Assembly (NCBI GenBank): GCA_913043225.1
Contig: CAJWLU010000034.1
Coordinates: forward strand, 1 to 24,793
Source: an uncultured Acidobacteriota bacterium
Lineage (GTDB): Bacteria; Acidobacteriota; Vicinamibacteria; Vicinamibacterales; UBA8438
DNA: 24,793 nucleotides
Reading direction: 5' to 3'
Below are positions 1 to 8,163 of this stretch, piece by piece. The notes under the pieces are model-generated. The model did no database searches. It was not told the origin of the DNA and saw only the letters and a list, made by a program, of their open reading frames with translations. The position numbers and the translations under genes were made by a program. Positions within the stretch are counted from its first letter, which is position 1. Every line of letters begins with the position of its first letter.

Positions 1-1
1 C

Positions 2-934
2 GTCGTGGACGCCGTCCTGCACCAGGAAACGGTTGGCGCACACGCAGGTCTGGCCGGTGTTTCGGAACTTCGAGGCCATCGCGCCGGCCACTGCCGCGTC
101 GAGGTCGGCGTCGTCGAAGACGATGAACGGCGCGTTGCCGCCCAGCTCGAGCGACAGCTTGGTGACGTGGGTGGCGCACTGCGCCATGAGCTTGCGGCCC
201 ACCTCAGTCGACCCGGTGAAGCTCAGGGCTCGGATGTCCGCGCTTTCGGTCAGGGTGCGGCCGATCGTGGCGGCGTCCAGACCGGTCACTACAGAGAACA
301 CCCCGGCCGGGATCCCGGCCTGTTCGCCTAGACTAGCAACCGCCAGCGCCGTTAACGGCGTACCCTCGGCCGGCTTGACGATCATGGGGCAGCCGGCGGC
401 GAGCGCTGCTCCGGCCTTCCGAGTGATCATCGCGGCTGGGAAGTTCCACGGCGTGATCGCGGCCGTGACCCCGATCGCCTGCCGCAACACCAGGATGTGC
501 TGACCGCGCCGGGGAGCCGGAATTACCTCACCATAGGCGCGCTTGCCCTCTTCGGCAAACCACTCCAGAAACTGCGCGGCGTAGCCCACCTCGCCACTAG
601 ACTCGGCCAGCGGCTTGCCCTGCTCGAGCGTCATCAGATGCGCTAGGTCCGCTTGATGCGCGTACATGAGACGGGCCCAGCCGTCCAGCAACGCTGCGCG
701 CTCACCCGCGGGCCGCTGTCTCCAGTCGTCGAAGGCGTTGACCGCGGCGGCGATGGCGGTTTCCACGTCAGCCGGTTCGCAGTCGGGCACTTCGCCCACC
801 TGATCGCCGTTGGCCGGATTGGTCACCGCGAAGGTGCGGCCGCTCCGGGCGGCCCGCCAGACGCCACCGATGTAGCACTGGTCGCGGAGCAGTGTGGAGT
901 CCAGCGATGTGATTGTCGCGGTTGGTGTAGACAC
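2..934 (-). CDS. gabD: NAD(P)-dependent succinate-semialdehyde dehydrogenase (aldehyde dehydrogenase family), 5' part; runs off the left edge
   Basis: Not in the ORF track because it has no stop in the window. Manual translation from GTG 934 gives MSTPTATITSLDSTLLRDQCYIGGVW...VTNPANG, ITPWNFPAAMITRK, FTGSTEVG, LELGGNAPFIVFDDAD and catalytic KFRNTGQTCVCANRF. GAGGA lies just upstream of the start. Confidence 0.93.
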   Translation of the reverse strand, partial: MSTPTATITSLDSTLLRDQCYIGGVWRAARSGRTFAVTNPANGDQVGEVPDCEPADVETAIAAAVNAFDDWRQRPAGERAALLDGWARLMYAHQADLAHLMTLEQGKPLAESSGEVGYAAQFLEWFAEEGKRAYGEVIPAPRRGQHILVLRQAIGVTAAITPWNFPAAMITRKAGAALAAGCPMIVKPAEGTPLTALAVASLGEQAGIPAGVFSVVTGLDAATIGRTLTESADIRALSFTGSTEVGRKLMAQCATHVTKLSLELGGNAPFIVFDDADLDAAVAGAMASKFRNTGQTCVCANRFLVQDGVHD

Positions 935-982
935 GGGTTCCTCTTCGGTCGTGTGTGGTCCAGGTCGGGACGAGAACGTAGC

Positions 983-1912
983 TTACTGTGGATTCGTCTG
1001 CGCGGCGGGCGTTTCGGGGTTTTCCTGGACGTCGACTAAACGCCCTCCGGTCTGGAACTGACGGAAGTCACGGTAGGTGGCGGTACTGTTGGTGCGGCGC
1101 CGGCTGCCCGCTTCCCAGTAGCTCTCGCGCATTTCCACAGGGACCCAGAGCTCGAGGTCAGAGGCCGCGCCAAACCGGACCGTGGCGCTGACTTCGGTGG
1201 CCGGGCGTGTGCCTAGCCCCGGGTGGTGCAGTGCCAGCGCGGTCTTCAGGATGCGACCCGTAGCCGGGTCCACGCAGATGTGCCCGTCTGCGGGTAGGTC
1301 GATACCCTGCAGGCCGCGGGTTAAGGTCGGGAACGTTACCTCTTCAAACCGGATCCGCCACGCCCCGCGCTGGTCTGCACAGTTCTCACCGTCGGCCTCG
1401 AACTCGAACCGGGTGATGTTGGCCGGGTGGAGGAAATAAAGGGCGTAAGTTGGCACGTTCATCGTTCGGCTGGTCGACCCGATGTTGTAGCGGGCGCTCT
1501 CTTCAGAGATGCGTCGGGCTTGTTCCAGCGCCTGGGCGGTATTACCCGCGAAGAGCGACACCAGACGGTCTTGCCGGTCACGAACGCGCCGGCCGTTCAC
1601 CTCGTAGACTTCGCGGAACCCGACCCACGCCGCGTCGTCGAGCCGCAGCAGCAGGAACTCGGACACCAGCCGCAAGCGGGTAGGGTTACTGCGCCCCCCT
1701 GAGAAGAAGCTCTGGCGGTAGTCTTCTTCCATCACGACCGTGGAGAGCTGCTCGACGAACCGCTTGACATAGGCCGTGGTCCGGGAGAGGACCAGGTCGA
1801 GGGTGGGCTGCGCCGAGACGATGGACGGAAGTGCGAGCGTCGCAGTGGCGAGCACGAGGGCGGCCAGCATGCGTCCGGCGCCTGTCTCTCCTTGTCGCCT
1901 GCCCATCGTCAC
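983..1912 (-). CDS. Secreted hypothetical protein; start may be GTG 1912, ATG 1906 or ATG 1870
   Basis: 309-aa ORF with a hydrophobic signal peptide ending VSA-Q and a beta-rich mature part (EESARYNIG, LWVPVEMRE, ATYRDFRQF). It resembles uncharacterised acidobacterial proteins (recalled, not searched). Confidence 0.8.
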   Translation of the reverse strand: MTMGRRQGETGAGRMLAALVLATATLALPSIVSAQPTLDLVLSRTTAYVKRFVEQLSTVVMEEDYRQSFFSGGRSNPTRLRLVSEFLLLRLDDAAWVGFREVYEVNGRRVRDRQDRLVSLFAGNTAQALEQARRISEESARYNIGSTSRTMNVPTYALYFLHPANITRFEFEADGENCADQRGAWRIRFEEVTFPTLTRGLQGIDLPADGHICVDPATGRILKTALALHHPGLGTRPATEVSATVRFGAASDLELWVPVEMRESYWEAGSRRRTNSTATYRDFRQFQTGGRLVDVQENPETPAAQTNPQ

Positions 1913-1918
1913 GCCCTA

Positions 1919-3745
1919 TCATGCCTCCGGGTCAGGCGGTTCCGCTACCGGGATGTCGAGGCCGACGGCGCGCATAATAGCGAGGGCGTTGCTCCGCGTG
2001 ACCGGTCCCGGTTTGAGCCGATAGTCGAACCGCATCTCCAGGTTCACTAGTAGGTCATCGAAGTGCACGTTGCTCGCTGCCGGAGCGAATTGGTCACCGA
2101 TCTCGGCTAGTGCCAGGTCATGGGTGGTAACTAGGCCGATGGTGTCGCGCCGTAGGAGCGAGTCGAGCAGTCCGCGGGCGCCCTCTGTTCGGTCGTGCGA
2201 GTTGGTGCCGTGGAGCAGCTCGTCGAATAGGAAGAGAGTTGGCTCCGAACGGGCCTGGGCTACAACCTGCCCGAGGCGCAGCACCTCGGTATAGAACCGA
2301 GAGCGGCCCGCCTGCAGGGAGTCCTCGATCCTGAGCGTTGCGCCGATCGCGAGTGGTGAGACACGGAGGTGTCGGGCGCGGACCGGTGCTCCCATCAGAG
2401 CCATTACCACGCTGACCCCGATGCTGCGGAGGAACGTCGTCTTCCCAGACATGTTCGACCCGCTCACGATCAGAACCCGAGGCGCTGCGCCCAGGCTAAC
2501 GTCGTTGGCCACCGCGGCTGCCGAGGGGAGCAGCGGGTGGGTGAGTGCGGTAGCCTCGTAGTGCGGCACCCCGTCTGTTTCAGCCACCTCTGGAAACGGG
2601 TCGTCCGGGTGCTCGAAGGCGTAGGTCCCTAGCGCGGCCAGTGCTTCCATTTCGCCTAGGTGTCCGAGCCAGCCGGCGACCTGGCCGCCATGTCGGGCGC
2701 GCCAGGCCTCGACCGCATAGGCCAGATGCAGCTGCCAGCACAGCAGCGCCGCCAGCGGTGCGAACAGGATGTTGCGTTGCCAGTCGTGGAGTTCCACGAG
2801 CTTTCGCAGGCTTCGGGCTGCTTCGCCCACATCCCCGTCCGCGGTCTCAAGGCTGTGGGCAAGCGCCTGGAGGCGGGCGGCCTCGTAGCTTTCTGTGCGG
2901 ATTACGGCGCTCACGTCGCCCAGCACGGTCAGCTCCGCCGCCGGAGCGCTCGCGCCTGCCATGATCCGGGTGGTCACTCCGGCCCACCGCCTGGCGAACA
3001 CCCCCAGGGTGAGCAAGGCGGCGATGGGCGCCAGCACCGGCGCGCCTTCGTTCCAGGCAAAGATGGTCGCTGGCACCAGCAGGGAGATACCTACCGCCAA
3101 GAGGCGTGTCCACAGGCCGGAGACCGCTTGGGGCGCCACGGCCCAGGCCTTGAGCGCGGCGGGATGGACTGTCTCTCGAGCCGCCGTACCGGCGGTCGCG
3201 AGCCGTTCGCGGAGAAGCGCGTTCGGCTGGAGCTCGATGGCCGCCTCCTGCCTGAGCCGCACCTCGTCAACCCCAGCCGGGCAGGTGAGCCAGTCGGCCA
3301 GGGTTTGTTCGCCGCCCTGGGTCTGAGCGGTGCAGAGCAGTTGGAAGAGCGAACCGTCACCGAATAGGTCAAGATCTTGGGCGTACAGGTGGTCCGGGTC
3401 GACGAAGTGGTCCCCGCCGGGGCTCTGTCCCGGCCAGCTGTCATCGATTCGGGCGAGTCCCCGCTCGTACCACGACACGGCCCGCCGTACCCGGTCTCGT
3501 GAGAGCAGGACTCGGTCGTGGGCCACCACCAGGCCGACAAACACTGCTGCAGGCGCCACTAGCCACCCCGGCGACAGCCACTCCGGTCCGATGGTGACCC
3601 AGCCCAGGGCCACTCCGCTCAGGAACGTTACCAGCCGTCCGGTGCCTATCCGATCCGCCTGTGCGTCGAGGGCGCGAGCTTCAGCCTGCCGTTCCGCAAG
3701 GCGGTTGTGGTAGAGCGAGGCTGGATCCAAGGGTGCAGAGATCAT
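1919..3745 (-). CDS. Membrane-anchored MutS-related ATPase (C-terminal MutS domain V; no mismatch-recognition domain)
   Basis: Walker A GSNMSGKTT, SLQAGRSRFYTE, Walker B LFLFDELLHGTNS, TTHD, C-terminal FDYRLKPG...SNALAIM; hydrophobic TM segments in the N-terminal half; no GxFYE motif. Confidence 0.9.
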   Translation of the reverse strand: MISAPLDPASLYHNRLAERQAEARALDAQADRIGTGRLVTFLSGVALGWVTIGPEWLSPGWLVAPAAVFVGLVVAHDRVLLSRDRVRRAVSWYERGLARIDDSWPGQSPGGDHFVDPDHLYAQDLDLFGDGSLFQLLCTAQTQGGEQTLADWLTCPAGVDEVRLRQEAAIELQPNALLRERLATAGTAARETVHPAALKAWAVAPQAVSGLWTRLLAVGISLLVPATIFAWNEGAPVLAPIAALLTLGVFARRWAGVTTRIMAGASAPAAELTVLGDVSAVIRTESYEAARLQALAHSLETADGDVGEAARSLRKLVELHDWQRNILFAPLAALLCWQLHLAYAVEAWRARHGGQVAGWLGHLGEMEALAALGTYAFEHPDDPFPEVAETDGVPHYEATALTHPLLPSAAAVANDVSLGAAPRVLIVSGSNMSGKTTFLRSIGVSVVMALMGAPVRARHLRVSPLAIGATLRIEDSLQAGRSRFYTEVLRLGQVVAQARSEPTLFLFDELLHGTNSHDRTEGARGLLDSLLRRDTIGLVTTHDLALAEIGDQFAPAASNVHFDDLLVNLEMRFDYRLKPGPVTRSNALAIMRAVGLDIPVAEPPDPEA

Positions 3746-3856
3746 GGTGAGAAACAGCTAGCGCGCGGCCGACGGAGTTTCGCCCCCCATCCTGCGGGCA
3801 GCGTATCAGACGGTGGTGAGGTTATGCTGGAGGGACCAGCGGAGGATATCACCACC

Positions 3857-5221
3857 ATGACCGACACCAGGACCCTGTGGAGCTGGATCGTGCTGTCGCT
3901 CGCCTGCGGGCTCCTGACTCCCGTGTGGACCCAGGCGCAGGTGAGCGAGCCCGATCGGACCGAGCGCCATCGGGTGCCCGCCGACTTCATGAGTTTCCGC
4001 GGCGCACAGTGGCTCGAGCGGGCGGAGCGGGTGGCCGAGGAGCGCCCCGACGAAGTGCTCGAGACGATGGGCCTCGAGCCGGGCGATGTGGTCGCCGACA
4101 TCGGGTGTGGCTCGGGCTATTACGCCCGGCGGATAGCGCCGCACGTGGCGCCGGCTGGACGTGTGTACTGCGTCGACATCCAGCCCGAGATGCTGGACAT
4201 CATGCGGGATCTCGCCGCCCAGGAGGGTGTGGACGGAGTCGTGCCGGTGCTGGGCACGCCGGACGACCCGAATCTGCCCGCGGGCGATGTGGACTGGATC
4301 ATCCTGGCCGACGTCTACCACGAGATGTCGGACTACGAGGCGATGCTCGCTGGGATGCGCGCCTCGCTCGCTCCGGGCGGTCGGGTGGCGCTGCTCGAGT
4401 ATCGGGTCGAGGATGGGACCGGCGACCACCTTAAGGCGGACCACGCGATGTCGGTCCGGCAGGTGCTGGCCGAGTGGCTGCCCGCCGGCTTCGCCCTGGT
4501 CGACCTGCACGAGTTCTTGCCTGGTCAGCATCTGTTTATCCTGACTAGGGCCGACGATGCCACTGTGCCCGGTGCACGTGTGCAGAGCGTCGATCTGTTC
4601 GATGCCATGGCCCGGGGGCTGGTTGAAGCCGAGGTGCGCGGCCGTGACGCGTCCAGCGTCACCATCAACGTCCGGAATCTGAGTGGTGCGCGTTTGGTCG
4701 TGACCTCGCCGGTCGGGATGTCGTTCGTCGCCCCCGAGGGCCGCCGGGACATGGTGGCTCGCCGCGATGGCTGGGTACGGTTGTTCGACGACGAGCCACT
4801 CGCCTGGCAGCTGCGCGCGGTGGGGCGTCAGCGCGATCTACCGCCGTCCGGCGCCGACGAGACGCTGGTGCCGGTGCCCCCGGGACAGAATCCGCAGCTG
4901 AGCGCACTGATGTATGCCATGCAGGTTGGCACGTATCGGGTTGCCGACTCGCCGCTGCTCTACATACCTAGGGCTCAGGGCCTCGAGCAGGCTGCCGCCT
5001 GGATCGCCGAGGCGGACCCAGCCTACGACGAGATCGCCGACGAGGTGGGCGATGATCGGCTCCCCGCGCAGTACGCGGTGGCGTTCGCGCTTGTCTACTG
5101 CGATTTTGCCGGTGTCGACGTCACCGGCACCCGGGTATGGGTTGACCACGAACGGATTTTCGGCGTCCTCCGGGACCCGGGGCTGAGCGCCTGGCATCAG
5201 TTGAAGACGGCCGGGCGCTAG
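3857..5221 (+). CDS. Class I SAM-dependent methyltransferase with N-terminal signal peptide and a C-terminal domain of unknown function
   Basis: SAM-binding motif VADIGCGSGY, VYCVDIQPEML, DVYHE, ALLEYR. Start moved to ATG 3857 because GGAGG sits at 3841-3845 and a signal peptide follows (LWSWIVLSLACGLLTPVWTQA). Confidence 0.85.
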   Translation: MTDTRTLWSWIVLSLACGLLTPVWTQAQVSEPDRTERHRVPADFMSFRGAQWLERAERVAEERPDEVLETMGLEPGDVVADIGCGSGYYARRIAPHVAPAGRVYCVDIQPEMLDIMRDLAAQEGVDGVVPVLGTPDDPNLPAGDVDWIILADVYHEMSDYEAMLAGMRASLAPGGRVALLEYRVEDGTGDHLKADHAMSVRQVLAEWLPAGFALVDLHEFLPGQHLFILTRADDATVPGARVQSVDLFDAMARGLVEAEVRGRDASSVTINVRNLSGARLVVTSPVGMSFVAPEGRRDMVARRDGWVRLFDDEPLAWQLRAVGRQRDLPPSGADETLVPVPPGQNPQLSALMYAMQVGTYRVADSPLLYIPRAQGLEQAAAWIAEADPAYDEIADEVGDDRLPAQYAVAFALVYCDFAGVDVTGTRVWVDHERIFGVLRDPGLSAWHQLKTAGR

Positions 5222-5306
5222 TCAATCACAACGTCGCCACTACGGCCGAACTTCTTGAGGGTATGGCGTCTACTTCGTTTGCAGTCTGCGGGTTCGTCTG
5301 GATTCA

Positions 5307-6509
5307 CTACATCAGACGGACGCGGACGGTTTCCACCCGGCCGACGTCGCCGTCCCGATAGAGCGACACGTCGACTTCGTCGCCAGGCTCATACCGATCA
5401 AGCGCGATGCGGAGGTCGCTGAGCGTCGAGACGGTGTCACCATCCACCTCGACGATGATGTCGCCGAGTTGATCGGCATTGGGGTCAGTGCCCTGGAGTC
5501 CGGCTCGGTCGGCGCCCGATCCAGGGACAATCTGGGCGATCAGCACCCCTGAAACGCCGAGCCGTTGGGCCACCAGCTGGTTGAGGCGGCCCGAGGCGGC
5601 GCTGATACCGAGCTGCGCGGGCGTGTACTCACCGTTGGCGATCAGCTGGGGGACCACCCGTTCGACTGTGTTGACGGGTACCGCGAATCCGACACCAGCC
5701 GACGCCCCGGACGGGCTGGCGATTTGGCTGTTCACGCCGATGAGTCGGCCCTGGCTATCGAGCAACGGCCCGCCTGAGTTGCCCGGGTTAATCGCCGCGT
5801 CGATCTGGATCACATTCTCAATGATGTCGCCACTAGTCAGCCCGGGAATCTGCCGGTTTAGAGCCGACACGATCCCGGTGGTGAGCGTCGCGTTCAGACC
5901 AAAGGGGTTCCCGATGGCGTAGACGCTCTGCCCGACACGCAGCCGGTCGCTGTCACCGATCGTGACCTGGCTCAAGGTGTCGGCGGGCGTGTCGATTTTC
6001 AGAACGGCCAGGTCATGCCGGGGCGATCCGCCCACCCACAGGGCTATGTGACTCGTCTGATCGTGCATCACGACTCGGGCCGACGAGGCGCCTTGGATCA
6101 CGTGGTAGTTGGTCACTATGTGCCCTTCGTCGTCCCACATGAATCCGGTGCCGCTTCCTTGAGGCACATTGACGCCCCGGCCAAAGAAGTCGGTGCGACG
6201 CGTGACCGTGGAGATGTAGACCACCGACGGGCTCGTGTTCTCGAAGAGGTTGATCCGCGCCTGCTCGTCCGCGCGAAGATCTGTGTAGGGCGGCGGGATG
6301 TCCGAGAGCTGCGCCGCGCTCGGCCGGTCCTTGTCGCCGGAGACCTGCTGGGCCGGAGCCTCAGGCTCTTCGGCGATTGCCTGCGTCGACGGCGTAAAAT
6401 CTACACTGCAGCCTGCCGTGGCGGCGCCAGCTAGGGCCACCAGCCAGGCGAACAGCGTCCCTAGGCGAGCCGACCGGCTCAGGGGGATCGAGTCCTGGGG
6501 ATCTGTCAT
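5307..6509 (-). CDS. HtrA/DegP-family trypsin-like serine protease with one PDZ domain, probable lipoprotein
   Basis: Catalytic triad TNYHV / DLAVLK / INPGNSGGPL; PDZ-like C-terminus (GSGADRAGL...GDIIVEVDG); lipobox-like TAGC; ATG 6509 preceded by GAGGAG. Confidence 0.93.
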   Translation of the reverse strand: MTDPQDSIPLSRSARLGTLFAWLVALAGAATAGCSVDFTPSTQAIAEEPEAPAQQVSGDKDRPSAAQLSDIPPPYTDLRADEQARINLFENTSPSVVYISTVTRRTDFFGRGVNVPQGSGTGFMWDDEGHIVTNYHVIQGASSARVVMHDQTSHIALWVGGSPRHDLAVLKIDTPADTLSQVTIGDSDRLRVGQSVYAIGNPFGLNATLTTGIVSALNRQIPGLTSGDIIENVIQIDAAINPGNSGGPLLDSQGRLIGVNSQIASPSGASAGVGFAVPVNTVERVVPQLIANGEYTPAQLGISAASGRLNQLVAQRLGVSGVLIAQIVPGSGADRAGLQGTDPNADQLGDIIVEVDGDTVSTLSDLRIALDRYEPGDEVDVSLYRDGDVGRVETVRVRLM

Positions 6510-6562
6510 CGCGCGGCTCCTCAACGCTAGTAGCACTCAGGATACCGCACAAAACCCACAGC

Positions 6563-6568
6563 TATAAT
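6563..6568 (+). promoter_or_regulatory. Sigma70 -10 element for a probably leaderless transcript
   Basis: Perfect TATAAT 7 nt before ATG 6576 with no Shine-Dalgarno in between. Confidence 0.65.
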
Positions 6569-6575
6569 CCGGCCC

Positions 6576-7574
6576 ATGCGAACACCACGAACGGCCGGAT
6601 TGGTGACGGTCCTGGGGCTCCTAGCCGGTCTGGGCTGCACGGCGGTACCTTCCGGCGACAGCGGAGCTTCTTCCCCGCCGCCCGAGCGGGTCGAGCTGCC
6701 GGTGACGCCGGCCGAGACCGAGGCCCGCGACCCGTCGCGGACCTGGATCATCATGCTTGGCACAGGGACCCCGGGGGCCGAGCCGGGCCGCTTCGGACCC
6801 GCTACCGCGGTGGTGGCTGGCGGTACCGCCTATCTGGTCGACGCAGGTCCCGGTGTCGTCCGGCGGGCGGCAGCCGGCGCCATCGTGAGCGGGCTCACGG
6901 CACTGCAGCCGCAGAACCTGCGGATTGCGTTCTTTACCCACCTCCACTCGGACCACACCCTCGGTTATCCCGACCTCATCCTGTCCCCCTGGGTACTGGG
7001 TCGCGCCGCGCCGCTCCAGACCTTCGGCCCACCGGGGCTCAGAGAGATGACCGACTCGCTTCTCGACGCCTTCAGCGAAGACATTCGGGTGCGGGTCGAG
7101 GGCCCGGAACAGCTGCGCCGGGACCTGCTCGTCGTCGAGCCGCAAGAGATTAGCCCAGGCGTGGTTTACGAGGATGAGGCCATCCGGGTGGAGGCGTTCG
7201 CGGTGCCACATGGTACCTGGGAGTACGCCTTCGGCTACAAGTTGACCACCAACGACCGCACCATCGTGATCTCGGGAGACACCGGTCCGTTCGACGAACT
7301 CGCTGAGATTGCGCGCGGGGCGGACGTGTTGGTGCACGAGGCCTACGGTGCCTCGGGGTTGCGCGAGCGTGAGGCGCCCACGCAGCAATATCACGGCACG
7401 TTCCACACCTCGGCCGTCAAGGTCGGTCAGATCGCGGCCGAGGCGGGTGTGGGCATGGTGATCCTCACCCACCAGCTGCATCTGAGCGGCGACACGGACG
7501 TGGAAATGGTCGAGCAGGTCCGTCTGAGCTTCGACGGGGAGGTATTCTACGGCCGGGACCTGGACGTCTTCTGA
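6576..7574 (+). CDS. Metallo-beta-lactamase-fold hydrolase of the RNase Z/arylsulfatase type, probable lipoprotein
   Basis: LGTGTP, LVDAGPG, THLHSDH (HxHxDH), VPHG, SGDTG, LVHEA, FHTS, LTHQ; signal peptide ending LAGLG-C. Confidence 0.9.
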   Translation: MRTPRTAGLVTVLGLLAGLGCTAVPSGDSGASSPPPERVELPVTPAETEARDPSRTWIIMLGTGTPGAEPGRFGPATAVVAGGTAYLVDAGPGVVRRAAAGAIVSGLTALQPQNLRIAFFTHLHSDHTLGYPDLILSPWVLGRAAPLQTFGPPGLREMTDSLLDAFSEDIRVRVEGPEQLRRDLLVVEPQEISPGVVYEDEAIRVEAFAVPHGTWEYAFGYKLTTNDRTIVISGDTGPFDELAEIARGADVLVHEAYGASGLREREAPTQQYHGTFHTSAVKVGQIAAEAGVGMVILTHQLHLSGDTDVEMVEQVRLSFDGEVFYGRDLDVF

Positions 7575-7612
7575 GTGCGTCTGGCTTTGGGACGGTGAGA
7601 TTCGTACAAAGC

Positions 7613-7640
7613 GAAGGCCCGCTCTGAAGAGCGGGCCTTC
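7613..7640. terminator. Intrinsic terminator hairpin between the convergent MBL hydrolase and trxA
   Basis: Perfect inverted repeat GAAGGCCCGCTCT-GA-AGAGCGGGCCTTC, followed on the minus strand by GCTTTGT (weak U-tract). Confidence 0.75.
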
Positions 7641-7667
7641 CGTGAACATGGAGCCGGCAGGTAGGGG

Positions 7668-8018
7668 TTACGCGCTGGCGGCGCTCTGGCCAGCGTGCTT
7701 GTCGAGCAGAGCAGCCAGCTGTTCCTTCCCGGCCACGCCAACGGTGGCTTCGACTACCTCGCCGCCCTTGAAGAGCAACAGCGTGGGGATCGACCTCACC
7801 CCAAACTGCGTCGGCGTGTTCGGGTTCTCATCGATGTTCAGCTTGCCCACCGCCACGCGACCGTCGTAATCGTCTGCCAGTTCTTCGACGGCCGGCGCAA
7901 TCATCCGGCACGGGCCGCACCACTCGGCCCAGAAATCCACCAGCACCGGCTTGTCGGACTGCAACACCGCCTGCTCGAAATCAGCATCGGTGAACGTCAG
8001 CGTATGCTCCGAAGCCAT
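7668..8018 (-). CDS. trxA: Thioredoxin
   Basis: [26 protein letters not shown]; 116 aa; AAGGAG RBS upstream. Confidence 0.97.
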   Translation of the reverse strand: MASEHTLTFTDADFEQAVLQSDKPVLVDFWAEWCGPCRMIAPAVEELADDYDGRVAVGKLNIDENPNTPTQFGVRSIPTLLLFKGGEVVEATVGVAGKEQLAALLDKHAGQSAASA

Positions 8019-8147
8019 CGTCCGTTCTCCTTCCCCTGGCTACCTAGGCGCGTCTCCGCTTCTCGTTCTTGAGACGCTTACACCGCTGTGGGAGATCCCA
8101 CAACGTCTCGCGCCATCCCTCAGTGTACCCCAACCGTCCGGGCCCGC

Positions 8148-8156
8148 TGGTATCCT
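8148..8156 (+). promoter_or_regulatory. Extended -10 element (TGnTATCCT) 7 nt before ATG 8164
   Basis: TGGTATCCT-gaccacg-ATG, the same geometry as the element at 6563. Confidence 0.5.
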
Positions 8157-8163
8157 GACCACG

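Noticed and set aside
5..1039. Plus-strand ORFs 5..331, 33..503 and 653..1039
   Set aside because: Antisense shadows of gabD, which occupies the minus strand with clear motifs.
328..3761. Visible abundance of CTAG
   Set aside because: I counted 12 in the first 3.8 kb, about what base composition predicts; it shows only a lack of CTAG avoidance.
6621..7649. 342-aa minus-strand ORF and similar long antisense ORFs (18495..19475, 19792..20775, 20803..21597, 13479..14210)
   Set aside because: They overlap motif-supported genes on the opposite strand and have no recognisable motifs; expected in GC-rich DNA.
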